NCBI GenBank assembly: GCA_963766715.1
Contig: CAVYBH010000004.1
Span: 1-31,129, forward strand
Direction of reading: 5' to 3'
DNA from: an uncultured delta proteobacterium
Lineage (GTDB): Bacteria > Myxococcota > Myxococcia > Myxococcales > Anaeromyxobacteraceae
DNA: 31,129 bases
In this document: positions 30,746-31,129 of the stretch, piece after piece
Layout: every line of letters begins with the position of its first letter
Position numbering within the stretch: the first letter of the stretch is position 1
Notes under the pieces: model-generated
The model's input: the letters and a program-made list of their open reading frames with translations, nothing else
Told to the model about the DNA's origin: nothing
Database searches by the model: none
Position numbers and translations under genes: made by a program

Positions 30746-31129
30746 ATGTTCCAGAGGATCCTCGTCGTCTGCGTGGGCAACATCTGCCGGAGCCCCATGG
30801 CGGAGGCGCTTCTCCGGGCGCGCCTCGGCCATCGGCCCCGGTTCGACGTGTCGTCCGCGGGCGTCTCGGCGCTGGTGGGGCACCCGGCCGACGAGTCGGC
30901 GGTGGGCCTCATGAGGGAGCGCGGCCTCGACATCTCCAGCCACCGGGCCCGGCAGCTCACCCCGCAGGTCGCCGCCGAGGCCGACCTCATCCTGGTCATG
31001 GAATCGGGGCACGAGCGGGCGGTCTACTCCATCGCCCCCCAGGCCCGGGGCAAGGTGCACCGCATCGGCCGGTTCGGCCACTTCGACGTGCCCGACCCGT
31101 ACAGGCTTCCTCGCGCCGCCTTCCTGGAC
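30746..31129 (+). CDS. wzb: Low-molecular-weight protein-tyrosine phosphatase (3' truncated; absent from the ORF track)
   Basis: Translated by hand: MFQRILVVCVGNICRSPMAEALL..VSSAGVSALVGHPAD..DISSHRARQL..ADLILVME..DVPDPY. It has the C(x)5RS P-loop and the DPY loop. Confidence 0.93.
   Translation, partial: MFQRILVVCVGNICRSPMAEALLRARLGHRPRFDVSSAGVSALVGHPADESAVGLMRERGLDISSHRARQLTPQVAAEADLILVMESGHERAVYSIAPQARGKVHRIGRFGHFDVPDPYRLPRAAFLD

Noticed and set aside
1..31129. CRISPR arrays, tRNA/rRNA, IS elements or integrases, JUMPStart/ops element
   Set aside because: None recognised by eye. Nearly all the sequence is accounted for by CDSs, and I saw no GGCGGTAG ops in the intergenic regions.

Overview
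The whole window is one high-GC surface-polysaccharide (O-antigen/capsule/EPS) locus. A Myxococcota, Anaeromyxobacter-like origin is my inference from composition and gene content. It holds about 28 CDSs: an SLBB/OPX export protein, a kinase-less co-polymerase, a Salmonella Rfc-like Wzy, a Wzx flippase, several GT2/GT4 transferases, a WbpK/V-WbpL-WbpM initiation module, and a CDP-3,6-dideoxyhexose pathway (rfbF-rfbG-rfbH, no rfbI/ddhD). That pathway is followed by a YerE-like ThDP enzyme, an orphan NeuB-family synthase, an SDR, and GtrB/GtrA-like genes. The rest comprises three methyltransferases, an O-acetyltransferase, WbpA/WbpP-like genes, a small OM beta-barrel and a Wzb phosphatase cut by the window end. 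Almost every gene carries 1-bp frameshifts, most likely uncorrected long-read errors, so the genes were stitched across frames by eye and some ends are approximate. Two observations stand out. (1) The rfbFGH + ThDP carboligase + NeuB-like + SDR + GtrAB set could make a C4-branched higher-carbon sugar of the yersiniose/caryophyllose class, with the NeuB-like enzyme supplying the keto-acid donor (hypothesis). (2) A bipartite motif, CTTTACT-N16-CGTAC, recurs with identical spacing upstream of four genes and looks like an alternative-sigma promoter. Family calls come from motif recognition, not database searches.
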